From Akkermansiaceae bacterium (GTDB lineage Bacteria > Verrucomicrobiota > Verrucomicrobiia > Verrucomicrobiales > Akkermansiaceae), in the NCBI GenBank assembly GCA_051251915.1, contig JBPOGF010000024.1, forward strand, positions 1 to 54,210: DNA of 54,210 bases. The letters run 5' to 3'. Positions 6,317-14,966 of the stretch are shown piece by piece; position 1 is the stretch's first letter, and every line of letters begins with the position of its first letter. Under the pieces are notes generated by a model. The model was not told where the DNA came from. It worked only from the letters and a program-made list of their open reading frames with translations, and made no database searches. The position numbers and the translations under genes were made by a program.

Positions 6317-7816
6317 ATGATAGAACAAGAAAAGAAAATGATACAGAAAACAGGTAAGGCGACTGGGTTTATTCCGGCGCCGGGTAATAAGGGAAAGCCG
6401 ATTACGGTGATTGGGACGGATGCTATTGTTGAGGGATTTGATGAGATGTGTTTGCGTCAGGCGATGAACTCTAGAGGGGCTCCGGGGGTGAGTGAGGTGG
6501 TGTTGAATCCTGATGCTCATGCGGGGTATGGAGCTCCTATTGGGTGTGTGATGGTTTCACCTACGCATATTTATCCTGGGCCGGTTGGGGTGGATATCAA
6601 GTGTTCGATGAGCTTGATTCAGTTTGATCTGATGGATGAGGCTATTGATGACAAGGCGACTAGACGTGCGCTTATTAATGCGATTTGTAAGCGGACTCCT
6701 ACTGGGGCAGGTAAGGGGCAGCGTCATTCGCAGCATGGTCGTGAGATAGATCAGGAGCTTGGTTACCGTATGGCGACTGAGGGTGCTAGCGAGTGGGTGT
6801 GTGAGCAGTTAGGGATTCCTTATGCTTGGGCTGGGCGTTGTGAGGATGCTTATCATGTGGGGCATGATGGTTCTACGGGGGCATTGCAGCAGCGTCTGGA
6901 TAAGATGTTAGACGGCGGTTATAGAGATCGTTTTCTAGGGAAGATGCAGCAGGTTGGGACTTATGGGGGTGGTAATCACTTTGGTGAGGCTGAGCGTGTG
7001 GAGGTGGCGGATTCTGATAAGGCGAGGGCTTCTGCGGAGGTGTTTGGTCTGAAGGATGGGCATGTGGCATTTCTATCTCATTGTGGATCACGTGGGTTTG
7101 GTCATGACTTGGCTGCGGCTCAGTTTAAGACATTGGAGAAGATGTTTGATGCTTGGGGGATTCCGTATCCTTCTGGTGATAAGAAGTTGGTTTATGCTCC
7201 GCTGGGGACTCAGGAGGCTGATGATTATATTGATGATATGTCACTGGGTGCGAACTTTGCGACGGTGAATCATTTGTTTATTAATCAGTTGGTGCTTGAG
7301 GCTTTCCAGGAAGTGATTCCTGGGGTGGAGGGTGATTTTGTTTACTTCATTAGTCATAACATCGCTCGTAAAGAGGTGGTGAATGAGCAGGTGCAGTGGG
7401 TTCACCGCAAGGGGGCGACTAGGGCATTTCCAGCCTTTCATCATGAGTTAAAGGAGACTCCGTTTTATGGGACTGGGCATCCGATCTTGTTGCCGGGGAA
7501 TCCTCGTGATGGATCTGTGGTGATGACTGCGCTTCCGGGGGCTGAGAAGAGCTGTTATTCAGTGAACCACGGTGCTGGGAGGAAGATGGGACGTAAGCAT
7601 GCATTTAGAGAGCTAGACCAAAAGGTGGTGGATGCTGATATGGATGCGCACGACATCATGCATAATAGCCGAGCATATCCACGAGATGAGGCACCGGATG
7701 CTTATAAGGATTTCAATGAAGTTCTGAAGAGTGTGCGACAGGCCGAGCTGGCGAGTGTGGTTGCGAAACTTAAAGCGAGGTTCGTGGTTAAGGATGCGAG
7801 TAAGGCGGATGATTGA
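6317..7816 (+). CDS. rtcB: RtcB family RNA ligase (3'-phosphate or 2',3'-cyclic phosphate to 5'-OH)
   Basis: Catalytic motifs all present: PDAHAGYG.PIG, GVDIKC, GTYGGGNHF, HCGSRG, SHN, HRKGAT, SVNHGAGR, DEAPDAYK. The start may be 6338. Confidence 0.95.
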   Translation: MIEQEKKMIQKTGKATGFIPAPGNKGKPITVIGTDAIVEGFDEMCLRQAMNSRGAPGVSEVVLNPDAHAGYGAPIGCVMVSPTHIYPGPVGVDIKCSMSLIQFDLMDEAIDDKATRRALINAICKRTPTGAGKGQRHSQHGREIDQELGYRMATEGASEWVCEQLGIPYAWAGRCEDAYHVGHDGSTGALQQRLDKMLDGGYRDRFLGKMQQVGTYGGGNHFGEAERVEVADSDKARASAEVFGLKDGHVAFLSHCGSRGFGHDLAAAQFKTLEKMFDAWGIPYPSGDKKLVYAPLGTQEADDYIDDMSLGANFATVNHLFINQLVLEAFQEVIPGVEGDFVYFISHNIARKEVVNEQVQWVHRKGATRAFPAFHHELKETPFYGTGHPILLPGNPRDGSVVMTALPGAEKSCYSVNHGAGRKMGRKHAFRELDQKVVDADMDAHDIMHNSRAYPRDEAPDAYKDFNEVLKSVRQAELASVVAKLKARFVVKDASKADD

Positions 7817-7842
7817 TGAAGTTTGCTTGGTGTTTTTGGGAT

Positions 7843-7890
7843 AAAAAAAGAGGCGAGCCGCTTATTGCGGTTCGCCTCTCTAGATTTTTT
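7843..7890. terminator. Intrinsic terminator between convergent rtcB and pilin genes
   Basis: Hairpin AGAGGCGAGCCGC-TTATT-GCGGTTCGCCTCT (7849-7879) with an A7 tract on the left and a T tract on the right. Confidence 0.85.
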
Positions 7891-7904
7891 TAATTTATGA
7901 ATGG

Positions 7905-8489
7905 TTATTTAATCCAGCTGAAGACATCGTCATCGCCATCAGCTTCTCCGTCTGCTCCTTTGGAGATCATAATGACGGTTTGTCCTTCGATGGTGTTATC
8001 GATGTCGGAGGTGTGTGATTGAGTGATTTCTGAATCTAGATCATAATCAATAACGACGAAGAAATCTTTACCCCAGCCATCAACGATTTCATCAACACTA
8101 GTACCAGTACCGTAGATGAGTCCGTTTCTGTTATTCTTAGCAGCTGGCATATCGAGATATTTCTTGGACTTGGTGTTGCCGCCTTCTTCAGTAGAGTCTT
8201 CACCAAGTAGGATATTAACAAGATCGACAAGCTCTTGACCTTCTATTTCTTGGTCGCCAGTAGGATAGGTGCCGTTGACAAAGGGAAGGTGACCGTTGTC
8301 ATTGTTGAAGTCATTCACAGCAGTTACGAATTCACGCATGCGAAGTTGGGTTTCTTTTTCTTTGCCTCGATTGATCATCGATTTGGCAACAGGGAATGAA
8401 ATGCCAGCGAGTGTTGCGATGATCGCAATAACGACAAGCATTTCGATTAAGGTGAAACCTCTGGAACGTTGTTTAGGATTGGTTGTCAT
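7905..8489 (-). CDS. Type IV pilin / type II secretion pseudopilin-like protein
   Basis: Prepilin cleavage/N-methylation motif RG|FTLIEMLVVIAII and a C-terminal D.WG...S.GADG..G.DD motif. Confidence 0.9.
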   Translation of the reverse strand: MTTNPKQRSRGFTLIEMLVVIAIIATLAGISFPVAKSMINRGKEKETQLRMREFVTAVNDFNNDNGHLPFVNGTYPTGDQEIEGQELVDLVNILLGEDSTEEGGNTKSKKYLDMPAAKNNRNGLIYGTGTSVDEIVDGWGKDFFVVIDYDLDSEITQSHTSDIDNTIEGQTVIMISKGADGEADGDDDVFSWIK

Positions 8490-8665
8490 GATTTATATGT
8501 TTATGTATCTATATTGTGTATGTTTATGAGTAGCTGATTCAGGAGGAAGGTGGTACCTAGTATTAGAATCTATACTGAGGCTAAGATACTGATTGTGGTA
8601 AGGAATGCAAGGATGGGGTAATTTTTTTAAGAAATAGAACGAGTAATTTAGAACAAATAATAACG

Positions 8666-9685
8666 ATGATAGAGATAAATGGACAGGATGGTGGTGGGCA
8701 AATTTTAAGGTCGGCCTTGAGTTTGAGCATGATCACGGGGAAGGGATTCCGGATGGTGAAGATACGAGGTGGGCGGTCGAAGCCGGGTTTGATGCGGCAG
8801 CATTTGACCTGTGTGAAAGCTGCGCTGGAGGTCTGTGGGGGTGCGGCATCGGGGGCTGACATGCATTCTACTGAGTTGGTTTTTAAGCCGGGGAAGGTGA
8901 GGGCTGGTGATTATGTGTTTAAAATAGGGACGGCTGGGAGCACTACGTTGTTATTTCAAACCTTGCTTCCTGCGCTGATGTTGACTGATGGTGTGAGTAA
9001 GTTAGAGGTGCATGGTGGAACGCATAATCCTATGGCGCCGTCTGCAGATTTTATAGAACGTGCGTTTCTGCCACAGATTAGGGCGATGGGTGTGGGTGTG
9101 AAGTTTGAGTGTGTTAGATACGGATTTGCTCCTGCGGGTGGCGGGTGTATCAAGGCGGAAATTCATCCGGTGAGTGAGTTGGCAGCTATTTCGATATTAG
9201 AGCGTGGTGGATCAGTTTCTAAGAAGGTGGAGTGTGTGTTAGCTAATGTTCGCAAGGAGGTGGCGACGAAGGAGCTGAGCTCAGTGAAGTCGTCGTTGGA
9301 ATGGGGGGAGAAAGATGTGGAACTGAAGATCTGTGACGAAGTGGATGGTTCTGGAAATGCGCTTTTCATCGAGGAGGTATTTGAGAATGCGGTGATCCAT
9401 ATCACATCACTGGGTGCCAAGGCTAAGTCAGCGGGGAAGGTGGCCTCGGATGCGGTGAAGGCTTACCGTACATTTGTGAAGTCGAAGGCGGCGGTAGGAG
9501 CGAGGTTAGCAGATCAATTGTTATTGCCGATGGCTCTGGCTGGTAGTGGCGAGATAAGGACGATAGCGGTGACTAACCACATTGGGACTAATATGAAGTT
9601 GATTGAGAAATTTATTGGGGTGAAATTTAGTGTGGATGAGAGCGAGCCTGGTGGTGTATTGGTCAGTTTGAGTAGAAATCACTAG
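8666..9685 (+). CDS. rtcA: RNA 3'-terminal phosphate cyclase
   Basis: GGGQILRSALSLS, R.KPGLMRQHL, GTAGS..L..QT, GGTHNPMAP, GF.PAGGG, LADQLLLPMALAG; the catalytic-type His is retained in TNHIGTN. Confidence 0.95.
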   Translation: MIEINGQDGGGQILRSALSLSMITGKGFRMVKIRGGRSKPGLMRQHLTCVKAALEVCGGAASGADMHSTELVFKPGKVRAGDYVFKIGTAGSTTLLFQTLLPALMLTDGVSKLEVHGGTHNPMAPSADFIERAFLPQIRAMGVGVKFECVRYGFAPAGGGCIKAEIHPVSELAAISILERGGSVSKKVECVLANVRKEVATKELSSVKSSLEWGEKDVELKICDEVDGSGNALFIEEVFENAVIHITSLGAKAKSAGKVASDAVKAYRTFVKSKAAVGARLADQLLLPMALAGSGEIRTIAVTNHIGTNMKLIEKFIGVKFSVDESEPGGVLVSLSRNH

Positions 9686-9794
9686 ATTTTTTTTGCGATT
9701 CTCAGATATTATGTAGTGGAGGCTTGCCATGTTAGAGAAAAATGGCATTGTTTTATTACAGAATAATTATTCAACGTACTATTATCTATAAATT

Positions 9795-11189
9795 ATGAGC
9801 GAACCAATCGTAGAAATTCAAGAAGGACAACTCCCGCAGAACACCAGAACACTTTGGCTGAAGGCTCTCAGTGCAGTAGAACTTCAAAACTATAGTTACG
9901 CAGTGAGTCTGTGTCAGGCGATCTTGAAAGATGTTCCTGGGTTTGTGGAGGCTAGGAAACTAGCGCGACGCTGTGCAGTGAAAACCACTGGCGGAGCTAA
10001 GAAGAAGGGTGGATTTTTTGGAGCAGGAGCTTCAACGTCACGTCTTCAAGGACAGATTAAAAAAGATCTGCGTGCTGGACTTATTGCATTAGAGAAAGAT
10101 CTGGAGTCGGATCCAAATAGTGGTCCACTCAATGACCTGCTATTTGATACAGCAGTACAACAGAACCTTTCTGAGACAGCTAGTTTTGCGCTGGAAACAG
10201 TGAGAAAGGGTTCTCCTGAGAACACAAAATTGCTTCATAAGTTAGCGAGTTATTACTTGGCGCGCGACATGCCTCAGGAGGCAGCAGGTGTTTATAAGGA
10301 CATTATCAAACAAGACCCAACGGACATCGATGCTGTTAAAGGAGAGAAAGACTCGACGGCTCGCGCTTCTATGAAGAGTGGTGGTTGGGAAAAAGGTGGT
10401 AGTATAGAGGACACCAAGAAGGATACTTCTGGCGAAAAAGAGCAAGAGGAGTCAGACAGAGCTGGTATGACTCGCGACCAGAAGAAGGCGAAGTTGGCTA
10501 AGCTGATGGAGAAATACCAAGAGGATCAAAACAACATCATCGTGGTGAAGGAAATTGCTGAACTCTACGAAGATTTTGGATACTGGGCAGATGCGCATGT
10601 GTTCTTCAACTGGGCGTATCAGATCAGTCATAAGGATAGCACTTTGAAAAATAAGGCTGAAAAGATGAAGAACAAAGAGGCTGAGGAGCAAATCAAAGCT
10701 CTAGAAGTTCAACTCTCTGAAGATCCAGGTAATACTGAGCTAGAAGCACAGATTCTAGCTTATAAACAGGAGCGCTCTAAAGAGTCAGTGACTGAAGCTA
10801 AGGCTCGTGTGGACCAGAACCCAACTGACCCTCAGCTAAGATTTGATTTAGGCTTGGCATTGTATAACTCTGGTGACTATAACGGAGCTATTCCGCATCT
10901 CCAGCAGGCTAAACGTAACCCGCATATTAGAACGCGTGTTTTGCTCACATTGGGTAGATCATTTGATTCTAAAGGAATGTATGACATTGCAATCAGCCAG
11001 CTTGAAGAGGCTCTTGAAGACCTTCACGCAATGGATGGGACTAAGAAGGAAGTTCTCTACGAGATCGGACTCATTTATTCTAAAATGGAGAAGAAGGATG
11101 AGGCGTTGCATAACTTTAAGCAGATCTACGAGGTGGACTACGGATACCGCGATGTGGCGAAGCGCGTGGAAGATGCTTATGGCTCTTAG
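9795..11189 (+). CDS. Tetratricopeptide repeat protein
   Basis: Multiple TPR-like helical repeats, e.g. DPQLRFDLGLALYNSGDYNGAIPHLQQA; C-terminal IYEVDYGYRDV. Confidence 0.8.
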   Translation: MSEPIVEIQEGQLPQNTRTLWLKALSAVELQNYSYAVSLCQAILKDVPGFVEARKLARRCAVKTTGGAKKKGGFFGAGASTSRLQGQIKKDLRAGLIALEKDLESDPNSGPLNDLLFDTAVQQNLSETASFALETVRKGSPENTKLLHKLASYYLARDMPQEAAGVYKDIIKQDPTDIDAVKGEKDSTARASMKSGGWEKGGSIEDTKKDTSGEKEQEESDRAGMTRDQKKAKLAKLMEKYQEDQNNIIVVKEIAELYEDFGYWADAHVFFNWAYQISHKDSTLKNKAEKMKNKEAEEQIKALEVQLSEDPGNTELEAQILAYKQERSKESVTEAKARVDQNPTDPQLRFDLGLALYNSGDYNGAIPHLQQAKRNPHIRTRVLLTLGRSFDSKGMYDIAISQLEEALEDLHAMDGTKKEVLYEIGLIYSKMEKKDEALHNFKQIYEVDYGYRDVAKRVEDAYGS

Positions 11190-11207
11190 TACAACCAAAT
11201 AATCATC

Positions 11208-11246
11208 AAAAACGGGTTCAGATTGATAATATTTGAGCCCGTTTTT
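11208..11246 (+). terminator. Intrinsic terminator-like hairpin
   Basis: AAAAACGGGTTCAGAT-loop-ATTTGAGCCCGTTTTT after the TPR gene. Confidence 0.7.
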
Positions 11247-11258
11247 ATTTCTACCTAT

Positions 11259-12524
11259 ATGGCAAAGAATACTTTTTATAATCGTTTTGACACTGAGCGT
11301 CTTTCAGATGAAAAATACGACGAAACTTACCGTTCTACGTTTCAGGTGGATAGAGATAGGGTGTTACACACTCCTACGTTTCGCTCACTTCAGAGTAAGA
11401 CTCAGGTGTTTTGGAGTGGGGAGTATGATTTCTATCGGACTCGGTTGACTCACTCGTTGGAGGTGGCGCAGATAGGGCGATCGATTTGTAATTTTTTGAA
11501 TACGCGGTCGGAGCTTTTGAGTGATGATTATTTTATTGATTCTGATTTGGTCGAAGCTGCTTGTTTGTCGCATGATCTTGGGCATCCGCCGTTTGGACAT
11601 GCTGGTGAGCGGACGTTGAATCGTTTGATGAGTGAGTATGGTGGGTTTGAGGGAAATGCTCAGACGTTAAGGTTACTGGCAGATCGGATTTTCACAGCTA
11701 GTAAAACTGGGATGAATCCTAGCCGGGCATTTGTGGATTCTATTTTGAAGTATAAGACATTGTGGTCTGAACTATGTCATGGGGCTGAGCGTCCGAAGAA
11801 TCATTTTCTATATGATCAGCAGTTTCATTATTTAGACTGGGTTTGTGGTGATAGGGATTTCCCTACGGAATATACACCTGGAAAGGCTAGGGATAAGTTT
11901 AGTTCTATTGAATGTCAGATTATGGACTGGGCGGATGATACTGCTTATTCTCTTAATGATTTAGCTGATTCTGTTAGAGCGGGGTTTCTTACTATTGAAC
12001 GAGTTGAACGCTGGGCAGATGAGAATGATTGTGGAGTGGAAAAGGGTACGCCGGTGGGAGATCTACTGAGGTCGATCCGAGGAAATAGGGTGGAGCTGAT
12101 GGCGGGGAATAGGATAGGTAGATATATTCAGAGTGTGCGGATAGTGGAGGATAATAATTTTATGAGCGAGGTCTCTAACAGGTATAAATACAAGTTGGTA
12201 GTGGACCAGGGGGTGCAGTCTGAGACGCGGGAATTTAAGAAGATGGCCTATGATTTGGTGTTTAGGTCGCCGGAGTTAAACCAACTAGAGCACAAAGGGG
12301 ATCACTTGCTTTCTAAACTATGGGAGATTTTGGGTAATGAGGATAGTCCTTATCATTTGCTTCCTAAAGAAGTGTCTGATGAATTGAGGCAGGGTGAGAC
12401 TCTGGAGGAGAGAAGAAGGTTGCTGTGTGATTTCTTAGCTAGTCTAACAGACGGCTCGGCGACAAGGCTCTACAAGCGTTTAATGGTGCCTGACTTTGGG
12501 TCAATTGGAGACTTGTTAGGTTAA
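11259..12524 (+). CDS. dgt: Deoxyguanosinetriphosphate triphosphohydrolase (HD family)
   Basis: FQVDRDRVLH, RSLQSKTQV, RTRLTHSLEVAQIGR, HDLGHPPFGHAGE, FEGNAQTLR, ADDTAY. Start moved to ATG 11259, downstream of the hairpin. Confidence 0.9.
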   Translation: MAKNTFYNRFDTERLSDEKYDETYRSTFQVDRDRVLHTPTFRSLQSKTQVFWSGEYDFYRTRLTHSLEVAQIGRSICNFLNTRSELLSDDYFIDSDLVEAACLSHDLGHPPFGHAGERTLNRLMSEYGGFEGNAQTLRLLADRIFTASKTGMNPSRAFVDSILKYKTLWSELCHGAERPKNHFLYDQQFHYLDWVCGDRDFPTEYTPGKARDKFSSIECQIMDWADDTAYSLNDLADSVRAGFLTIERVERWADENDCGVEKGTPVGDLLRSIRGNRVELMAGNRIGRYIQSVRIVEDNNFMSEVSNRYKYKLVVDQGVQSETREFKKMAYDLVFRSPELNQLEHKGDHLLSKLWEILGNEDSPYHLLPKEVSDELRQGETLEERRRLLCDFLASLTDGSATRLYKRLMVPDFGSIGDLLG

Positions 12525-12528
12525 AGTT

Positions 12529-14646
12529 ATGCAGAAAGTGATCAAACAACCGCTGGATGTGCTGAAGGAATATTTTGGGTTCGATGGCTTTTTAGATGGT
12601 CAGGACGATGTGGTGCAGAGGATACTAAGTGGTTCTGATGGACTGGTGGTGATGCCAACTGGGGGTGGGAAATCTCTTTGTTATCAATTGCCTGCGTTGT
12701 GTTTTGAGGGGGTGACTTTGGTGGTGAGTCCATTGATAGCGCTGATGAAAGATCAGGTGGATGCACTGGAGGCTAAGGGGATAGCGGCGACGATGATTAA
12801 TTCTTCTTTGGCGCATGGTGAGCAGCAGGATAGGATTTCTCGGATGCGGAGGGGTGAGTATAAGTTAGTGTATATAGCGCCGGAGAGGTTTAGATCTGAG
12901 TCGTTTATGCGGGCGATGGAGGATGTTAATATTTCACTTTTTGCGGTGGATGAGGCTCACTGTTTGAGTCAGTGGGGGCATGATTTTAGGCCGGATTATA
13001 TGCGGTTGGGGGCTGCATTGGAACGAATAGGGGGGCCGCAGTGTATTGCTCTAACAGCGACGGCGACGGCGGTTGTTAGAAAGGATATCTTGAGTGTGCT
13101 TAAGTTGAGGAATCCGTTTGAGATGGTGAGTGGGTTTGCGCGTCCGAATCTTTCTTTGGCTATCTCAGCTACAGAGAAACATAGTTTAAAATACAAGCGG
13201 ATAAGGGAGATCATTAAGGATCAGAAGACGGGGATCATTTATTGTGCGACGCGGAAGAGGGTGGATGAGGTGGCTGAGATGTTAGCGGACTGGGGGGTGT
13301 CTTGCATAGCGTATCATGGTGGGATGAGTGATGTTGAGAGGGAGAGAACGCAGACAGAATTTATTAGTAAGAATAAGGATGTGGCGGTGGCTACGAATGC
13401 ATTTGGGATGGGGATAGACCGATCTGATGTTCGGTTTGTGATTCATTTTGAGATTCCAGGGAGTGTGGAGGCTTATTATCAGGAGGCGGGGAGGGCAGGG
13501 CGTGATGGTGAGGCTTCGGTTTGTGAGTTGTTTTTTAACTATGCAGATACGCGGACGCAGGAATTTTTTATTGAGGGAGTGAATCCTAGTTACCAGGATA
13601 TTTGTGGGATTTATCAGTATTTGCTGAATGAGGCGAATGAGGAGTTTGAGGTGAGGCAGACGTTGGATCAAATCAAGGAAGGGGCGGATATCAAGAATGG
13701 GATGGCGGTGGGGAGTGCGCTGGGGGTGTTGGCTAAGAATAGGCTGATTGAGAGATTTGATATTGCGGGATCTAGGGCAAAGGGGACTCGGTTGCTGCAG
13801 CCAGATATTTTGACATCGCAGATACCAATTAACCGTGCAGCTTTGGAGGAGAAGGATAAGCGTGATCGGGAGAAGTTGAATTCGATGATTGAGATGTGTT
13901 ATTCGCGGCAGTGTAGGCAGCAGTGGATCATGGATTACTTTGGGGAGGAGAATCCGGCACCGTGTGGTAGCTGTGATGTGTGTCAGAGTCAGTTTGGAGG
14001 GGATCTACGTTTAGGTTCTGAGTCTGAGGTGTTGATACTGCGTAAGGCGCTGAGTGGGGTGGCGCGGATGAGTCATAAGGTTGGTGGGAAGTGGGAAGGG
14101 AAGTTTGGAAGGGGGAAGATAGTGCAGATGTTGATGGGGAGCAGGTCGCAGGATATTTTGAAGAATCGGTTAGATTCGTTGACTACCTATGGTCTGCTAC
14201 AGGAGACTGGGACGGCTACGCTGAATGAGCTTTTTAAATACATGCATGATGCGGGTTTGATTTTTACTCAGAAGGGGGAGTTTCCGTTGGTGACGTTGAC
14301 ACCTCTGGGTGATGCTGTGATGCATGGGAAGTCTAAGGCTATGATGGCATGGCCGGGGAGGAAGTCTGTGAGGGATGAATCACCGGTGAAGTCTGGGTTG
14401 GATGTGGAGATTGAGGAAATGGGATTTGATCCTAAGCTGTATGCTGCGCTGAAGGATTTGCGGGCTAAGATAGCTAAGCAACAGTCGGTCCCGCCGTATG
14501 TGGTATTTTCTAATAAGACGCTGGAGTATTTCACCCGGTTGAGGCCTACAACGATGGAGGCTGGGATGCGGATTAAGGGGGTGGGAGAAGCGAAGGCGGC
14601 GCAGTATTTGAGGCATTTTATTGAGGTGATAGAGAGTTACGGTTAA
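12529..14646 (+). CDS. recQ: RecQ family ATP-dependent DNA helicase
   Basis: MPTGGGKSLCYQ, VDEAHCLSQWGHDFRP, TATA, QEAGRAGRDG, Zn-binding C..CDVC, RQC and C-terminal HRDC (PPYVVF). Confidence 0.93.
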   Translation: MQKVIKQPLDVLKEYFGFDGFLDGQDDVVQRILSGSDGLVVMPTGGGKSLCYQLPALCFEGVTLVVSPLIALMKDQVDALEAKGIAATMINSSLAHGEQQDRISRMRRGEYKLVYIAPERFRSESFMRAMEDVNISLFAVDEAHCLSQWGHDFRPDYMRLGAALERIGGPQCIALTATATAVVRKDILSVLKLRNPFEMVSGFARPNLSLAISATEKHSLKYKRIREIIKDQKTGIIYCATRKRVDEVAEMLADWGVSCIAYHGGMSDVERERTQTEFISKNKDVAVATNAFGMGIDRSDVRFVIHFEIPGSVEAYYQEAGRAGRDGEASVCELFFNYADTRTQEFFIEGVNPSYQDICGIYQYLLNEANEEFEVRQTLDQIKEGADIKNGMAVGSALGVLAKNRLIERFDIAGSRAKGTRLLQPDILTSQIPINRAALEEKDKRDREKLNSMIEMCYSRQCRQQWIMDYFGEENPAPCGSCDVCQSQFGGDLRLGSESEVLILRKALSGVARMSHKVGGKWEGKFGRGKIVQMLMGSRSQDILKNRLDSLTTYGLLQETGTATLNELFKYMHDAGLIFTQKGEFPLVTLTPLGDAVMHGKSKAMMAWPGRKSVRDESPVKSGLDVEIEEMGFDPKLYAALKDLRAKIAKQQSVPPYVVFSNKTLEYFTRLRPTTMEAGMRIKGVGEAKAAQYLRHFIEVIESYG

Positions 14647-14863
14647 GTTTCTGTTGGAGAGACAGTTTGAGATATAGAGGGAGGTCTAGGTCTAGATGTT
14701 GTATCGGCGGATACGGAGAAAATACGTTTAGGTGGGCTAAATTGACTTTAGAATAGCCTTTTTAGGGTATTGTATTCAGCGCTGTTTGGAGTTATTGTGT
14801 ACTGGATAAAATGTAGGATGATCTTTTTACTATTTTGTCTGCTAGTTATGGGGGAATTTAATA

Positions 14864-14881
14864 ACTGGTCAATTAACCAGT
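14864..14881. promoter_or_regulatory. Near-perfect 18-bp palindrome, candidate operator
   Basis: ACTGGTCAATTAACCAGT (8 of 9 pairs) in the AT-rich intergenic region 86 bp upstream of the 14967 ORF. Confidence 0.45.
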
Positions 14882-14966
14882 AGATTTTTTGTGAGAATTT
14901 ACTTTATATATACAATCTGCCAATCACACTAACTTATAAATATGTCATACAAATACACTATATCGC

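Noticed and set aside
6125..6520. 131-aa minus-strand ORF over the Y RNAs and the rtcB start
   Set aside because: Antisense to rtcB and structured RNAs; no recognisable motifs.
8596..8610. Possible sigma54 promoter for rtcA (TGGTAAGGAATGCA)
   Set aside because: GG-to-GC spacing is 8, not the required 10.
11259..14646. dGTPase plus helicase as an anti-phage defence module
   Set aside because: Both look like ordinary housekeeping Dgt and RecQ with host-like composition and no defence-island context.
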